Source: an uncultured Bacteroidia bacterium (GTDB lineage Bacteria; Bacteroidota; Bacteroidia; Bacteroidales; Prolixibacteraceae). Taken from it: a stretch of 38,222 nt of DNA. The notes under the pieces were generated by a model. The model searched no databases. It was given only the letters and a program-made list of their open reading frames with translations, and was not told the origin of the DNA. The position numbers and the translations under genes are program-made. Of the stretch, positions 26,031-38,178 are shown piece by piece; position 1 is the stretch's first letter; each line of letters begins with the position of its first letter. The DNA is taken from contig CAIRSO010000128.1 in assembly GCA_903881215.1 (NCBI GenBank), forward strand, positions 1 through 38,222, written 5' to 3'.

Positions 26031-26339
26031 GGAAGGCGGGGAGACGAGGGGACTGGGGGACTTGGGGACTTGGCGAGGGGGAGAGAGGACGAGTGGACGA
26101 GTGGACGAGTGGGCGACTTGGCGAGGGGGAGAGGGGGCGAGTGGTTGAAGAAACGAAACGAGAAACGGTCCCCGAGCGTAGCCGAGGGGTGGCTGCACTT
26201 CAAGACTAAAGGAAGATGAAACGGAGAAACGGAGAAGATGAAACGGAGAAACGGAGAAACGGGGAAGATGAGAGGGTGGGAAGATGGGAGGGTGGGAAGA
26301 TGAGAAGATGGGAAGATGGGAAGATGGGAAAATGGGAAA

Positions 26340-26340
<1 letters not shown>
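26031..26340. repeat. About 310-bp strand-asymmetric purine-rich mosaic of short tandem words
   Basis: + strand words: gacgagtg x3 (about 26088-26111); gacttggcgagggggagag x2 (about 26068-26087 and 26113-26133); gaaacg/ggagaaacg runs (26148-26262); gggaagatg-type 9-mers (26262-26335). Very few pyrimidines on the + strand. Confidence 0.85.
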
Positions 26341-28097
<1,757 letters not shown>

Positions 28098-28098
28098 C

Positions 28099-28809
28099 AT
28101 GGAAAGAAGGATTTTTTTATTATGTATACTAATTAATTCGTTGTCAGTCTGCCTACTAACAGCACAGGAAGAGCTTCCAAAAAATTGGAACAGCGAAAAA
28201 GTCAAAGGGGCCAGATTTATCCCGTATGCTACCTATCAGGGAAACCCCTTTTTAACTGACGGCTTTGTGCCGGGTTCCATCGAAATGGCCGATGGGACGA
28301 CAATCAGCCAACTACAATTGCGTTACAGCACCTACCAGGATGAGCTAATTTACTACAATTCAACTATTTCGACTCAGATAATCGTAGATAAAGCTAGCAT
28401 AAAGGGATTTTCCATTACAGATGAAAAAGGGGTAATACGCACTTTTCGACAGCAATCCTACGACGGACCAATGTCCGGTAGCCGATTCTTTGAGGTATTG
28501 AGTGAAGGTGATGTCACACTTTTGGTCCATCGAAAAGTGCTCTTGCTGACCTGCCCCATCTATGGTGAAGTAGGAAAAGAGAAGAACATCTCTTACCAGG
28601 AAGCCTATAATTACTTCTTGTACAACAAACTGAAAGGGTTCAAGCTGATCAAAATCTCGAAAAATTCACTCTTGTCACTCTTCGATTTATCCAATCAAAA
28701 ATTGGCAAAAAAGATTCTGCGCAAAAACAATATTTCTATCAGGAATGAAAACAGTTTCATCAAGGCATGGAACCTTTTGAGAGAAAATAATCTGGCGATT
28801 AATTTTTAA
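28099..28809 (+). CDS. Secreted hypothetical protein (236 aa)
   Basis: Signal peptide ILINSLSVCLLTAQE. The ATG is 1 nt after the preceding stop, suggesting co-transcription. No family recognised. Confidence 0.5.
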   Translation: MERRIFLLCILINSLSVCLLTAQEELPKNWNSEKVKGARFIPYATYQGNPFLTDGFVPGSIEMADGTTISQLQLRYSTYQDELIYYNSTISTQIIVDKASIKGFSITDEKGVIRTFRQQSYDGPMSGSRFFEVLSEGDVTLLVHRKVLLLTCPIYGEVGKEKNISYQEAYNYFLYNKLKGFKLIKISKNSLLSLFDLSNQKLAKKILRKNNISIRNENSFIKAWNLLRENNLAINF

Positions 28810-28819
28810 TTTTAGAGCC

Positions 28820-29824
28820 ATGGAAGAGATAAAATGGGGAATAATTGGGTGTGGAAATGTGACTGAACTCAAAAGTGGTCCGGCCTTCAACAAAGTCGGC
28901 CATTCTAAACTCGTAGCCGTGATGCGGCGCGATGAAGCGAAAGCAGCAGATTATGCCAAAAGACATGGCGTCCCAAAATGGTATTCTGATGCCTCGCAGT
29001 TGATCAATGATCCGGAAGTTAATGCTGTATACATAGCAACTCCACCAAATACACATGCCAGTTACGCCATTGCAGCCATGAATGCAGGTAAACCTGTATA
29101 TGTCGAGAAGCCAATGGCTCGAAATTATGCAGATTGCATGGAGATGATTCGTGTTTCAGAGAAAACCGGGATGCCTCTTCTCGTGGCCTATTACCGAAGA
29201 TCATTGCCTGCATTTCTAAAAGTAAAAGAGATGATAGAAGCCGGGAAAATTGGCAAACCTTTGACTGTCAATATTCGACTTCACCTGGCCTATGGAGAAA
29301 AGGATCAGTTTCCTGATAAGCAATCATGGCATATTGATCCGGAGATTTCGGGAGGAGGCCATTTATATGACATGGCTTCTCATCAGTTCGATTACCTCGA
29401 TTTTCTCTTCGGGCCCATTGCGGATGTTCATGGAATAGCTAAAAATCTTGCCGGATTCTACCCTTCCGAAGATACTGTTTCTGCTGTTTACACTTTCGAA
29501 AACGGAGTAACCGGAGCCGGAAGCTGGTGTTTTGTAGGAAGTAAAGAGACTGAAGAAGATCTCATAGAAATCACAGGAACTGAGGGCAAACTCACGCTCT
29601 CCTGCTTTCAGCACCGGGATGTTCAATGGGTAAGTTCGAGTGGATCAGAAAGTCTCAGCTTTCAGAATCCTGAAAATATCTCTCATTATCTGATTGCACA
29701 AGTCGTTGATGAGCTTCGCGGCAAAGGGAAATGCGTCAGTACCGGCATTTCAGCGGCCAGGACAAATTGGGTACTTGAAGAGATAACAAAGGAGTACTAT
29801 AAAAAACCAAAACATACCAGATGA
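28820..29824 (+). CDS. Gfo/Idh/MocA-family NAD(P)-dependent oxidoreductase
   Basis: Rossmann start KWGIIGCGNV, VYVEKPMA motif, 334 aa. Confidence 0.85.
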   Translation: MEEIKWGIIGCGNVTELKSGPAFNKVGHSKLVAVMRRDEAKAADYAKRHGVPKWYSDASQLINDPEVNAVYIATPPNTHASYAIAAMNAGKPVYVEKPMARNYADCMEMIRVSEKTGMPLLVAYYRRSLPAFLKVKEMIEAGKIGKPLTVNIRLHLAYGEKDQFPDKQSWHIDPEISGGGHLYDMASHQFDYLDFLFGPIADVHGIAKNLAGFYPSEDTVSAVYTFENGVTGAGSWCFVGSKETEEDLIEITGTEGKLTLSCFQHRDVQWVSSSGSESLSFQNPENISHYLIAQVVDELRGKGKCVSTGISAARTNWVLEEITKEYYKKPKHTR

Positions 29825-32649
29825 GATTGAACAAATTGTTAATTCTAATGGCTTTTGTAAGCCATTCACTGATCCTAAATGCTCAGAAGAGTGACAAAAA
29901 CCCACTGACAACCAAGGATTTTGCCTCATGGAAATCGATCAACAATCAGGCTATTTCCAACGATGGAAAAATAATTTCTTTCGAAATAAATCCACAAAAA
30001 GGGGATGGGATTCTAATTTTAAAATCCATCCTTCCTGAGAAATCTGACACTTTTGCCCGGGGTTTTGATGCCCGGATTTCTGCCGGATCGGATTTTATCG
30101 TTTACAAAATCAAACAGCCTGAAGACTCCATCCGAAGTGCTAAAAAGAAAAAGCTGAAGAAGGAACAGATGCCAAAAGATAGTCTGGGGATTTTGGTTTT
30201 TAATCCGATGAAAATGTTCAAATTTCCAAATCTGAAACAGTTTTCTTTGCCTAAAGAGGCCGATGGTTGGGTTGCTTTTCTGACAGACATGAAAAAATCT
30301 GAAAAAAAAAGTGAAAAACAGGGTGAGAAAAAAGCGAATGACCCCAAAGCCAAACCGGCTGTAGCTGCAGATCCTGCTGCTGATCAAAAATTCCAGCTGT
30401 CTCTGTTGCATGCTGCATCAGGAGATACTATTAATTTTCAGAATGTAACTGAGTTTTTCTATGCCCCATCGGGTCATAAAATTGCTTTTGTTTGTCAGAC
30501 AAAAGATTCGCTTGACCGTTGTGAAGTCAGCATTTTTGATACGGATTCGAGAAAGAATGAACTGCTGTTTAAGAATACCGGAACAGCCAAAAAGATCAGT
30601 CTGAACAAGCAAGGGAATCACTATGGCTTCCTCTTTTCTGCCGATACCATCAAAGAGAAATGTTATGGCCTTTATGCAGGAGAACTCCGGTTGGGCGCGC
30701 CAAAAGTGCTTCCGACATCTGAGGGATCCGGAACCCCAAAAAATTGGTCTCCCAGCGATTTATCCGACCTTTCATTTTCGGACAATGGGGATTTGCTCTT
30801 CTATGGTGACAATCTTAAACCCTCCCCGGAACCAAAAGATTCACTTTTGGACGAGGAAAAGCCTGCCCTCGATATCTGGTCGTGGAAAGACAAAGAGCTG
30901 CAACCCGAACAAAAAATCAATCTGGAGAAGGAAAAGAAAAGAACCTTTAAAGCAGTGTACTTTTTTGAAACCGGAAAGTGCATTCAGTTGGGCGATTCAG
31001 TGTCAAAAGAGGTCCGGACCATTCAGAAAGGCAATGGCATTGTGGCACTCGGGATCGATCAATCGCCCTATAAACTACAATCATCCTGGACCGGAGATTC
31101 CAATGGCGATTATTATCTGATTCAGGTGCAAACGGGTGAAAGGAAGAAGATTCTGCAAGATAAATCGATGGTTTCACTGTCTCCCGGAGGCAAATATATT
31201 GTTTGGTACAATGCTGCTGATTCAGCCTTTTACGCCCAATCTACGGAAAGCGGTTCCGGTGGAGTTTTAAATTTGAGTTCAGCTATCCCGGTTACACTTT
31301 GCGACGAAAGATGGGATTCTCCAAGTGATCCAAATCCATACGGGATAGCCGGCTGGGCCGAAAATGACAAGTATATTTTCATTTACGACCGGTTTGACAT
31401 TTGGCGGATTGATCCACAAAATCCCAAAACTCCCATCAATATTACCAATCAATATGGCAGAAAGAATTACACAAAACTGCGTTACCTGAAACTTGATCCG
31501 GAGGAAGAATTTATTGACATCAGCAAACCCGTTCTGGTTCAGGCATTCAATGAAAAAACCAAGTCGGAAGGGTTTCTGACCGTGAATTTAGAAAATGCCG
31601 GTGACCCAATTCTTCTGACATTGCTGGATAAAAAAATCGACAAAGTCATCAAGGCTAAGCAAGCTCCGGTGGTCATCTGGACCCGGGAGACAGTCAACGA
31701 ATTTCCGAACCTCTGGTCCAGCGATACTTCCTTTGAAAAGTGTGACCGGCTTTCGGATGCCAACCCGCAGCAAAAGTCGTTCGTTTGGCCAAAGGTTCAG
31801 CTGGTTCACTGGACTTCCTTTTCAGGGAATAAACTCGAGGGTTTGTTGTACCTGCCAGAAACGATGGATACAACCCGCAAATACCCGATGATCGTCTATT
31901 TTTATGAAAGAAATGCAGACAATCTGAATGCTTTTACCGCGCCCTCTCCTACCCGTTCGACCGTCAACCGAACCCATTATACAAGCAATGATTACCTCGT
32001 TTTTATTCCTGATATCACGTATGAAACAGGTAATCCGGGGAAATCCGCATTTGATGCCGTTATTAGTGGAACACAATATCTATGCAACAGGTTTCAATTC
32101 GTCGACCGGGACAAAATCGGAGTTCAGGGACAAAGCTGGGGTGGTTACCAGACAGCCTGGCTTATCACGCAGACCAATCTTTTTAACGCGGCCATGGCCG
32201 GTGCACCCGTGAGTAACATGACGAGCGCTTACGGTGGAATCCGTTGGCAAACGGGCATGTCACGCATGTTTCAGTACGAAAAGGATCAAAGCCGTATCGG
32301 AGGTTCTTTGTGGGAAAAGCCGTTGTCGTACATCGAAAACTCTCCCCTCTTTTATGCACCAAAAATTGAGACTCCGTTGTTGATTATGCACAACGACAAC
32401 GACGGGGCCGTTCCGTGGTACCAGGGGATCGAGTTGTTTACAGCCATGCGGCGGCTGAATAAACCGGCCTGGATGCTTACCTACAACAACGAAGAGCACA
32501 ATCTGAAAGCCGAAAGCTGGGCCAACCGCATGGATCTTACCATCCGGATGAAGCAATTTTTCGATCATTATCTCAAAGGCGAGCCAATGCCCGACTGGAT
32601 GAAAAATGGTCTGCCGGCTACCAGAAAAGGAAAAGAATTAAGGTATTAA
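29821..32649 (+). CDS. S9-family serine peptidase (prolyl oligopeptidase/DPP-like) with N-terminal propeller
   Basis: Catalytic triad context GVQGQSWGGY (Ser), MHNDNDGAVP (Asp), NNEEHNL (His). Signal peptide. Lys-rich low-complexity insert. ATGA overlap with the preceding gene. Confidence 0.85.
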   Translation: MRLNKLLILMAFVSHSLILNAQKSDKNPLTTKDFASWKSINNQAISNDGKIISFEINPQKGDGILILKSILPEKSDTFARGFDARISAGSDFIVYKIKQPEDSIRSAKKKKLKKEQMPKDSLGILVFNPMKMFKFPNLKQFSLPKEADGWVAFLTDMKKSEKKSEKQGEKKANDPKAKPAVAADPAADQKFQLSLLHAASGDTINFQNVTEFFYAPSGHKIAFVCQTKDSLDRCEVSIFDTDSRKNELLFKNTGTAKKISLNKQGNHYGFLFSADTIKEKCYGLYAGELRLGAPKVLPTSEGSGTPKNWSPSDLSDLSFSDNGDLLFYGDNLKPSPEPKDSLLDEEKPALDIWSWKDKELQPEQKINLEKEKKRTFKAVYFFETGKCIQLGDSVSKEVRTIQKGNGIVALGIDQSPYKLQSSWTGDSNGDYYLIQVQTGERKKILQDKSMVSLSPGGKYIVWYNAADSAFYAQSTESGSGGVLNLSSAIPVTLCDERWDSPSDPNPYGIAGWAENDKYIFIYDRFDIWRIDPQNPKTPINITNQYGRKNYTKLRYLKLDPEEEFIDISKPVLVQAFNEKTKSEGFLTVNLENAGDPILLTLLDKKIDKVIKAKQAPVVIWTRETVNEFPNLWSSDTSFEKCDRLSDANPQQKSFVWPKVQLVHWTSFSGNKLEGLLYLPETMDTTRKYPMIVYFYERNADNLNAFTAPSPTRSTVNRTHYTSNDYLVFIPDITYETGNPGKSAFDAVISGTQYLCNRFQFVDRDKIGVQGQSWGGYQTAWLITQTNLFNAAMAGAPVSNMTSAYGGIRWQTGMSRMFQYEKDQSRIGGSLWEKPLSYIENSPLFYAPKIETPLLIMHNDNDGAVPWYQGIELFTAMRRLNKPAWMLTYNNEEHNLKAESWANRMDLTIRMKQFFDHYLKGEPMPDWMKNGLPATRKGKELRY

Positions 32650-32668
32650 CCACGAAATATTAAGAGCA

Positions 32669-33241
32669 ATGATAAAGGAACTCATACTCAAAAACCGAAG
32701 CTACAGACGGTTCTATCAATCCGAACGAATCTCATTAAATATGTTGAAAGATTGGGTTGACCTGGCCAGAAACTCAGCCTCGGCCCGAAATGCTCAATCA
32801 CTGAAATATGTTCTGAGCACCGATGAGTCTTTCAATGCAAAGATTTTTGAGCAGTTGGCATGGGCCGGATATCTGACCGAATGGAGCGGACCGGAAGAGG
32901 GAGAAAGACCATCAGCCTATATCGTTATGCTGCACGACACACAGATCTCCGGAAATTATTTCTGCGACGATGGCATTGCCACACAAAGTATTTTACTCGG
33001 TGCTGTGGATGCCGGATTCGGCGGCTGCATCATTCATGCAGTCAACCGCAAGAATCTTGCACAAATATTGAATCTGCCTGAACATTTCGAGATTGTCCAG
33101 GTGCTTGCGCTTGGCAAACCAAAAGAGGTGGTTGTTTTGGACGAAATGAAAAACGGAGAGATAAAATACTGGCGTGACGAAAATCAGGTTCATCACGTCC
33201 CAAAACGAAGACTGGACGAAATAATCTTTAAAGTGATATAA
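32669..33241 (+). CDS. Nitroreductase-family protein
   Basis: N-terminal NRSYRRF motif, 190 aa, pattern typical of FMN nitroreductases. Confidence 0.8.
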   Translation: MIKELILKNRSYRRFYQSERISLNMLKDWVDLARNSASARNAQSLKYVLSTDESFNAKIFEQLAWAGYLTEWSGPEEGERPSAYIVMLHDTQISGNYFCDDGIATQSILLGAVDAGFGGCIIHAVNRKNLAQILNLPEHFEIVQVLALGKPKEVVVLDEMKNGEIKYWRDENQVHHVPKRRLDEIIFKVI

Positions 33242-33289
33242 TTGCAGTCAAGTAGCATTTATATACCCAAAATGAGCTCCCTGCACTTT

Positions 33290-34930
33290 TCAGGTATATA
33301 AATATCGCTTGATGTTCTTTTTAGGCGTTTTCTCAAATTCTTTGTCGACCAGAATGATCGAACTGAGCTGCGCAAACTTTGGAAGTTCCTTGTTCACATG
33401 CCTCAAATTATCGGCCATAATCTCCTTCAGTTTGGATTCGTCGGCCTTCTCCGCCTCAACCAATTCAGGATCAGCATAGACAAAAGCAACCATTTTTTTA
33501 TCCCGTTCGGTGATCACACATTCCATCACAAATGGGTAGTTGTTGAGTTTTGCCTCCATCTCTTCGGGATATATATTTTGGCCGGAGGCTCCCAAAAGCA
33601 TGTTCTTGCACCTTCCACGGATGTAAATAAAATTGTCCTTGTCGATCACGCCAAGATCGCCGGTGTGCAGCCAACCATCGCTATCAATGGCGTCTGACGT
33701 TGCTTTTTCATTTTTGAAGTAGCCCATCATCACATTGTCGCCTTTCACCAGAATCTCACCTACCTGGTTAAAAGGATCTTTGGAGTCGATGCGAACCTCC
33801 ATCCTGTCGACAAGTTTTCCGGCCGAGGAGGATCGGAAACTATTCCAGGGCTCGTACGAAATCAGCGGACCACATTCGGTCATCCCATAACCAATCGTAA
33901 ACGGAAATTTGATTTTCCTGAAGAAGGCTTCGACCTCATGGTTAAGCGGTGCCCCACCGATGACGATTTCGTGGAAATTGCCGCCGAAAGTTTCAACCAG
34001 ACTCTTTCTCACCTTTTTATGCAACAGTAGCTGTATCCCGGGTACTTTGAGCAGAAATTTCACCATCGGTTTTTCGAGCGCAGGAAGAATGCGCTTCCTG
34101 TATATTTTTTCAATAACCAGCGGAACAGACAGGATCAATCTGGGTTTAACTTCCTGGAATGCTTTGATTATCAGTTGCGGGGTAGGTGGCTTCGTCAAAA
34201 ATGTGACATGGCATCCCACAGAAGCGGGAAATAGAAATTCGAACAACAACCCGAATACATGCGCCATGGGAAGGAAGGAGACGATCTTGTCACCGGATTG
34301 AAGTGGCATGTGTTCCTGGGCGTAAACTATGTTTGAAAGCAGACTTCTGGCAGGGATCATGACGCCCTTGGAAAATCCTGAAGTACCGCTGGTGTAGGAA
34401 AGGATGCTTAAATCGTCATTCCCATATTCAGTCAGCTCAAAATTATCAGGAGCAGATTTCCCGGCATGCTTTTCAGTAAAACATTTTTCCCAAAGCTCTT
34501 TATCATCAGACGACTGAAATTTGATTGCTGAAAAATCGGTTAGGCTGACGACCCCTTTGATGCCGGGTATTTTTTTGGGATCGAGCTTCTCAAACAATGT
34601 CTCAGCAGCAAAGAGGAAACATGATTCAGAATGAAGAAGGATGTGCTGAATATCATCGGGATTAAAATCCGGCAAAATAGGAACAGTAACGCCTCCGTAC
34701 CCGGAAACCGCCAGAAATGAGATCGCCCAGTTCGATGAATTACGTCCCAGAATCGCAATCTTATCGCCCTTCTTGACACCACTTTCGCGCAGATAGCAAT
34801 GAATCTGACGGATAATCTGAGCTGATTCTCCATAGGTTACTGTGGATCCCTGAAAATCGGAAAAAGCAGGCTTCAACCAATTGTCCCGGAAAGATTGTAC
34901 ATAAATTCCAATAAGATGATTGTGCTTCAT
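33290..34930 (-). CDS. AMP-dependent synthetase/ligase (long-chain fatty-acid-CoA ligase-like)
   Basis: AMP-binding motif YTSGTSGFSKGV, GYGMTE, GWLHTGDLG, and C-terminal K(K)NIKR. Confidence 0.85.
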   Translation of the reverse strand: MKHNHLIGIYVQSFRDNWLKPAFSDFQGSTVTYGESAQIIRQIHCYLRESGVKKGDKIAILGRNSSNWAISFLAVSGYGGVTVPILPDFNPDDIQHILLHSESCFLFAAETLFEKLDPKKIPGIKGVVSLTDFSAIKFQSSDDKELWEKCFTEKHAGKSAPDNFELTEYGNDDLSILSYTSGTSGFSKGVMIPARSLLSNIVYAQEHMPLQSGDKIVSFLPMAHVFGLLFEFLFPASVGCHVTFLTKPPTPQLIIKAFQEVKPRLILSVPLVIEKIYRKRILPALEKPMVKFLLKVPGIQLLLHKKVRKSLVETFGGNFHEIVIGGAPLNHEVEAFFRKIKFPFTIGYGMTECGPLISYEPWNSFRSSSAGKLVDRMEVRIDSKDPFNQVGEILVKGDNVMMGYFKNEKATSDAIDSDGWLHTGDLGVIDKDNFIYIRGRCKNMLLGASGQNIYPEEMEAKLNNYPFVMECVITERDKKMVAFVYADPELVEAEKADESKLKEIMADNLRHVNKELPKFAQLSSIILVDKEFEKTPKKNIKRYLYT

Positions 34931-35127
34931 AAGTTCTGAATATTAGGTGTTCAACGATGCCACTGCAGATTTTAAAAATACTAAAACATCTTCAATTTTT
35001 TGCATGCTAAGATCTGTCAAAACATCGCCTGCTCTTTTAACAATAAAAAAACAAATCGCATGAAGATGAATTCAAACAAGTTGACTATTTTTAAACTGTT
35101 CTTCCTAAAATCTAATAATAAATTGCA

Positions 35128-36558
35128 ATGATTCAAAAAAATAGACATTGGAAAATTTGGCTGGTTTCACTATTAGCCTGCTCAGGTTTTGTCTCAACCG
35201 GACAGAATATTTGGCCTCAATTTCGGGGACCGGAAAACAACATGGTCGCAAAAAGCGCCCATCTTCCTGAGACCTGGGGGACCAATCTGAATGTCAAATG
35301 GACTTTTGATATGCCGGGAGAAAGTTATTCTTCCCCTATTGTATCTGGAGATAAAATATTTATTACTTCCGTCTTCGCCGAAAAAAGGAAAGAACCGGTG
35401 GCACCACCGCCGCCTCCTCCGCCGCCGCCACCACCTCCAACACAACAAAATGGTACAACTCCAACAAATCCGGCAGCTGCCACAAAACCAACACCTCCTC
35501 CTCCTCCTCCGCCTGTGGACAATAGTTATCTGGAAGAAATTTACCGTTGGGAGGTAACCTGTCTTGATCTGAAAACCGGGAAAGAACTCTGGAAACAGGT
35601 GGCCCGAAAAGGCAGTCCGAAAGCCAGGAAGCATGCGGCGAGTAATTATGCCTGCGAAACTCCTGTGACCGATGGCAAAAGGGTGTATGCTTATTTTGGA
35701 ATGAATGGCCTCTTCTGTTATGACCTGAATGGCAAGCTACTCTGGCAAAAGGAGATCGAAGCAAAAGAGACGCAAAAAAACTGGGGTACAGGTTCCTCCC
35801 CGGTTATCTACAACGATGTCCTTTATATTTTAAACGACAACGAAGAGGACTCCTGGATCATGGCCCTCGATGCTGCATCAGGAAACGAAAAATGGAAAGT
35901 AAAACGGCAGGAACTAACGACCTACGGCACTCCGGTGATATGGAAAAACAACACCCGGACAGAACTTGTCACCATGGGCAAAACGGCCCGTTCATACGAT
36001 CCGGCTACGGGAAATCTTTTGTGGGAACTCAAGATTGGCGGAGAACAGGCCATCGCTGGTCCGGTTTATGACAAAGAGAACATTTACCTGGGAAACTCAG
36101 GAGGCCGGGAGATCATCACCGATCTGTTTTGCGTGAAGGCGGGAGCAGCTGGGGATATTACTCCGGCCGACAGCGGACTGGTAAGCAATGGCGTAAAATG
36201 GACGGTTCGGAAAGCAAATGTAAATAATCCCAGTCCTTTGTTGTACGAAGGACTAATATACCTTGTTGCTGGCCGGGGAGGCGATCTTTCTTGTTTTGAA
36301 GCAGCAACAGGGAGTCTTGTTTACAAAACAAAAATTCCAAAAGTTGCCGCGTGCTGGGCTACCCCCTGGATACAAAACGGCAAACTCTATTTCTTCGACG
36401 AAAAAGGAATTACTCAGGTTGTCAAAACGGGCAAAACCTTTGAGTCGATTGCCTCCAATACTTTGGACGACAAGTTCTGGGCATCCGTTGCCATTACCGA
36501 CAAAGCCTATATTTTCAAAGGGGTGAAAAAGATCTGGTGCATTAGTGGGACTGAATAA
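35128..36558 (+). CDS. PQQ-like (BamB-like) beta-propeller repeat protein with a poly-proline insert
   Basis: Signal peptide. Recurrent propeller blade pattern (SPIVSGDKIFI; TPVTDGKRVYAYFG; LWQK / LWEL). Pro-rich insert at residues about 92-129. Confidence 0.7.
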   Translation: MIQKNRHWKIWLVSLLACSGFVSTGQNIWPQFRGPENNMVAKSAHLPETWGTNLNVKWTFDMPGESYSSPIVSGDKIFITSVFAEKRKEPVAPPPPPPPPPPPPTQQNGTTPTNPAAATKPTPPPPPPPVDNSYLEEIYRWEVTCLDLKTGKELWKQVARKGSPKARKHAASNYACETPVTDGKRVYAYFGMNGLFCYDLNGKLLWQKEIEAKETQKNWGTGSSPVIYNDVLYILNDNEEDSWIMALDAASGNEKWKVKRQELTTYGTPVIWKNNTRTELVTMGKTARSYDPATGNLLWELKIGGEQAIAGPVYDKENIYLGNSGGREIITDLFCVKAGAAGDITPADSGLVSNGVKWTVRKANVNNPSPLLYEGLIYLVAGRGGDLSCFEAATGSLVYKTKIPKVAACWATPWIQNGKLYFFDEKGITQVVKTGKTFESIASNTLDDKFWASVAITDKAYIFKGVKKIWCISGTE

Positions 36559-36630
36559 ACTCTTGTTAGAATTACTAATTAAAAGACAGAATCTCCGGGA
36601 CTTCATTTAATATATTATTGAGAATCATTC

Positions 36631-38178
36631 ATGAAAAACAATAAAGGACTAATCGCTGGTGAATTGATTCTCATTTTGCTGACTACGTTAATTCAGCTTT
36701 GTTTTGTTTCCGATGCCAGGACGCAAGGACACGATTCCCCACAGTGGGGGGAAAAGGATTCCCGGAATATGGTTTCATCTGAAAAAGGACTTCCGGAATC
36801 ATTCAATTTAGAAACCGGCAAAAATGTCAAATGGGCAGTTTCCACCGGTAGTTATGGTTATGCAACCCCCGTGATAGCAAATGGGAAAATATTTCTCGGA
36901 GCCAACAATGCCGATCAGCGTGACCCACGCCATGTCGGAGACCGTGGGGTGCTGCTATGTTTGAATGAATCGGACGGTAGTTTATCCTGGCAATTGGTTG
37001 TTCCCCGCATTGAGGGAGACAGGCACAACGACTGGCCGATGATCGGAATTTGTTCACCACCTACCGTGGAAGGAAAGAGGGTATATATTCTTACCAACCG
37101 ATCGGAGATTCTCTGCCTCGATCTGAATGGTCAGGCCGATGGAAACGATGGAACCTTTCAGGGCGAGGGATGGTACATGACGCTTTCCGGACAATTCCCC
37201 TATGAAGTAACGACTAAAGATGCAGATATCATTTGGATGTACGATTTGAAGCAGGAATTAGGTCTGTGCCCGCACGATTCACCACATGCTTCAATCTTGA
37301 TAGACGGAGACTTCCTGTATCTGAATACCTGCAATGGTGTTAATTACAAGCATCTTGAAACGACTGGCATAAATGCTCCGGCGTTGATTGCCCTGGATAA
37401 AAAAACCGGTAGACTGGTGGCAAAAGACAATGAGCATTTTGGTCCCAGAATCTTTCATTCCTCCTGGTCATCACCTTCCCTGGGTGAGGTAAACGGTCAA
37501 AGGCTGATTTTCTTCGCCGGACCGGATGGAATCCTTTATGCTTTCGAAGCACTTTCGCAGGCAACTCAGCGAGATCAGGTTCAATCTTTTAGGAAAATTT
37601 GGCAATTCGATTGTGATCCTTCAGCACCCAAAAAGAATATTCATAATTATCTGAATAACCGGACTGAAGGCCCCAGCCTTTCAAATGGGATGCCTGTATT
37701 TTACAAAAACCGCATCTATTTGGCTGGCGGAGGAGATATTTGGTGGGGGAAAAGAAAGGGCTGGCTTAAATGCATAGATGCCACAAAGAAAGGTGATATC
37801 ACCACTACCGGTGAAGTTTGGTCCTTCCCGCTTGACCAACCCTCGGTTTCTACACCGGCCATATCCAGTGGATTGGTGTATATCACTGATTGCGCTAAAA
37901 ACGTCCATTGCATTGATGCAGAAAATGGGAAATCTTATTGGAAGCACAAGCTCACAATGGATTCCTGGAGTTCCGCCCTGGTTGCCGATTCAAAGATTTA
38001 TGTTGGTTCGCGCGGAAACGATTTTTGGATACTCAAAGAGGGTAAATCTTTAAGCGTATTGGATACTCAGAATTTCGACAGCCCCATTCACTCCACTCCT
38101 GTGGCAGCGAACGGGACTTTGTACATCTCTACGATGAACAAGCTTTACGCTATAAGAAAGTTGAGAGTTGAGAACTGA
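36631..38178 (+). CDS. PQQ-like beta-propeller repeat protein (paralogue-like neighbour)
   Basis: Signal/TM segment. Blade patterns ATPVIANGKIFLG, SPPTVEGKRVYIL, TPAISSGLVYIT, STPVAANGTLYIST and SYWKHKL. The last codons (LRVEN*) lie in the heptamer-family repeat. Confidence 0.7.
   Translation: MKNNKGLIAGELILILLTTLIQLCFVSDARTQGHDSPQWGEKDSRNMVSSEKGLPESFNLETGKNVKWAVSTGSYGYATPVIANGKIFLGANNADQRDPRHVGDRGVLLCLNESDGSLSWQLVVPRIEGDRHNDWPMIGICSPPTVEGKRVYILTNRSEILCLDLNGQADGNDGTFQGEGWYMTLSGQFPYEVTTKDADIIWMYDLKQELGLCPHDSPHASILIDGDFLYLNTCNGVNYKHLETTGINAPALIALDKKTGRLVAKDNEHFGPRIFHSSWSSPSLGEVNGQRLIFFAGPDGILYAFEALSQATQRDQVQSFRKIWQFDCDPSAPKKNIHNYLNNRTEGPSLSNGMPVFYKNRIYLAGGGDIWWGKRKGWLKCIDATKKGDITTTGEVWSFPLDQPSVSTPAISSGLVYITDCAKNVHCIDAENGKSYWKHKLTMDSWSSALVADSKIYVGSRGNDFWILKEGKSLSVLDTQNFDSPIHSTPVAANGTLYISTMNKLYAIRKLRVEN

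Noticed and set aside
35194-35764. Minus-strand ORFs with RRRRRR / GGGGGGG runs antisense to the PQQ-like gene
   Set aside because: They are antisense reads of the CCN proline codons. The + strand ORF is long, has a signal peptide, and shows propeller repeats.
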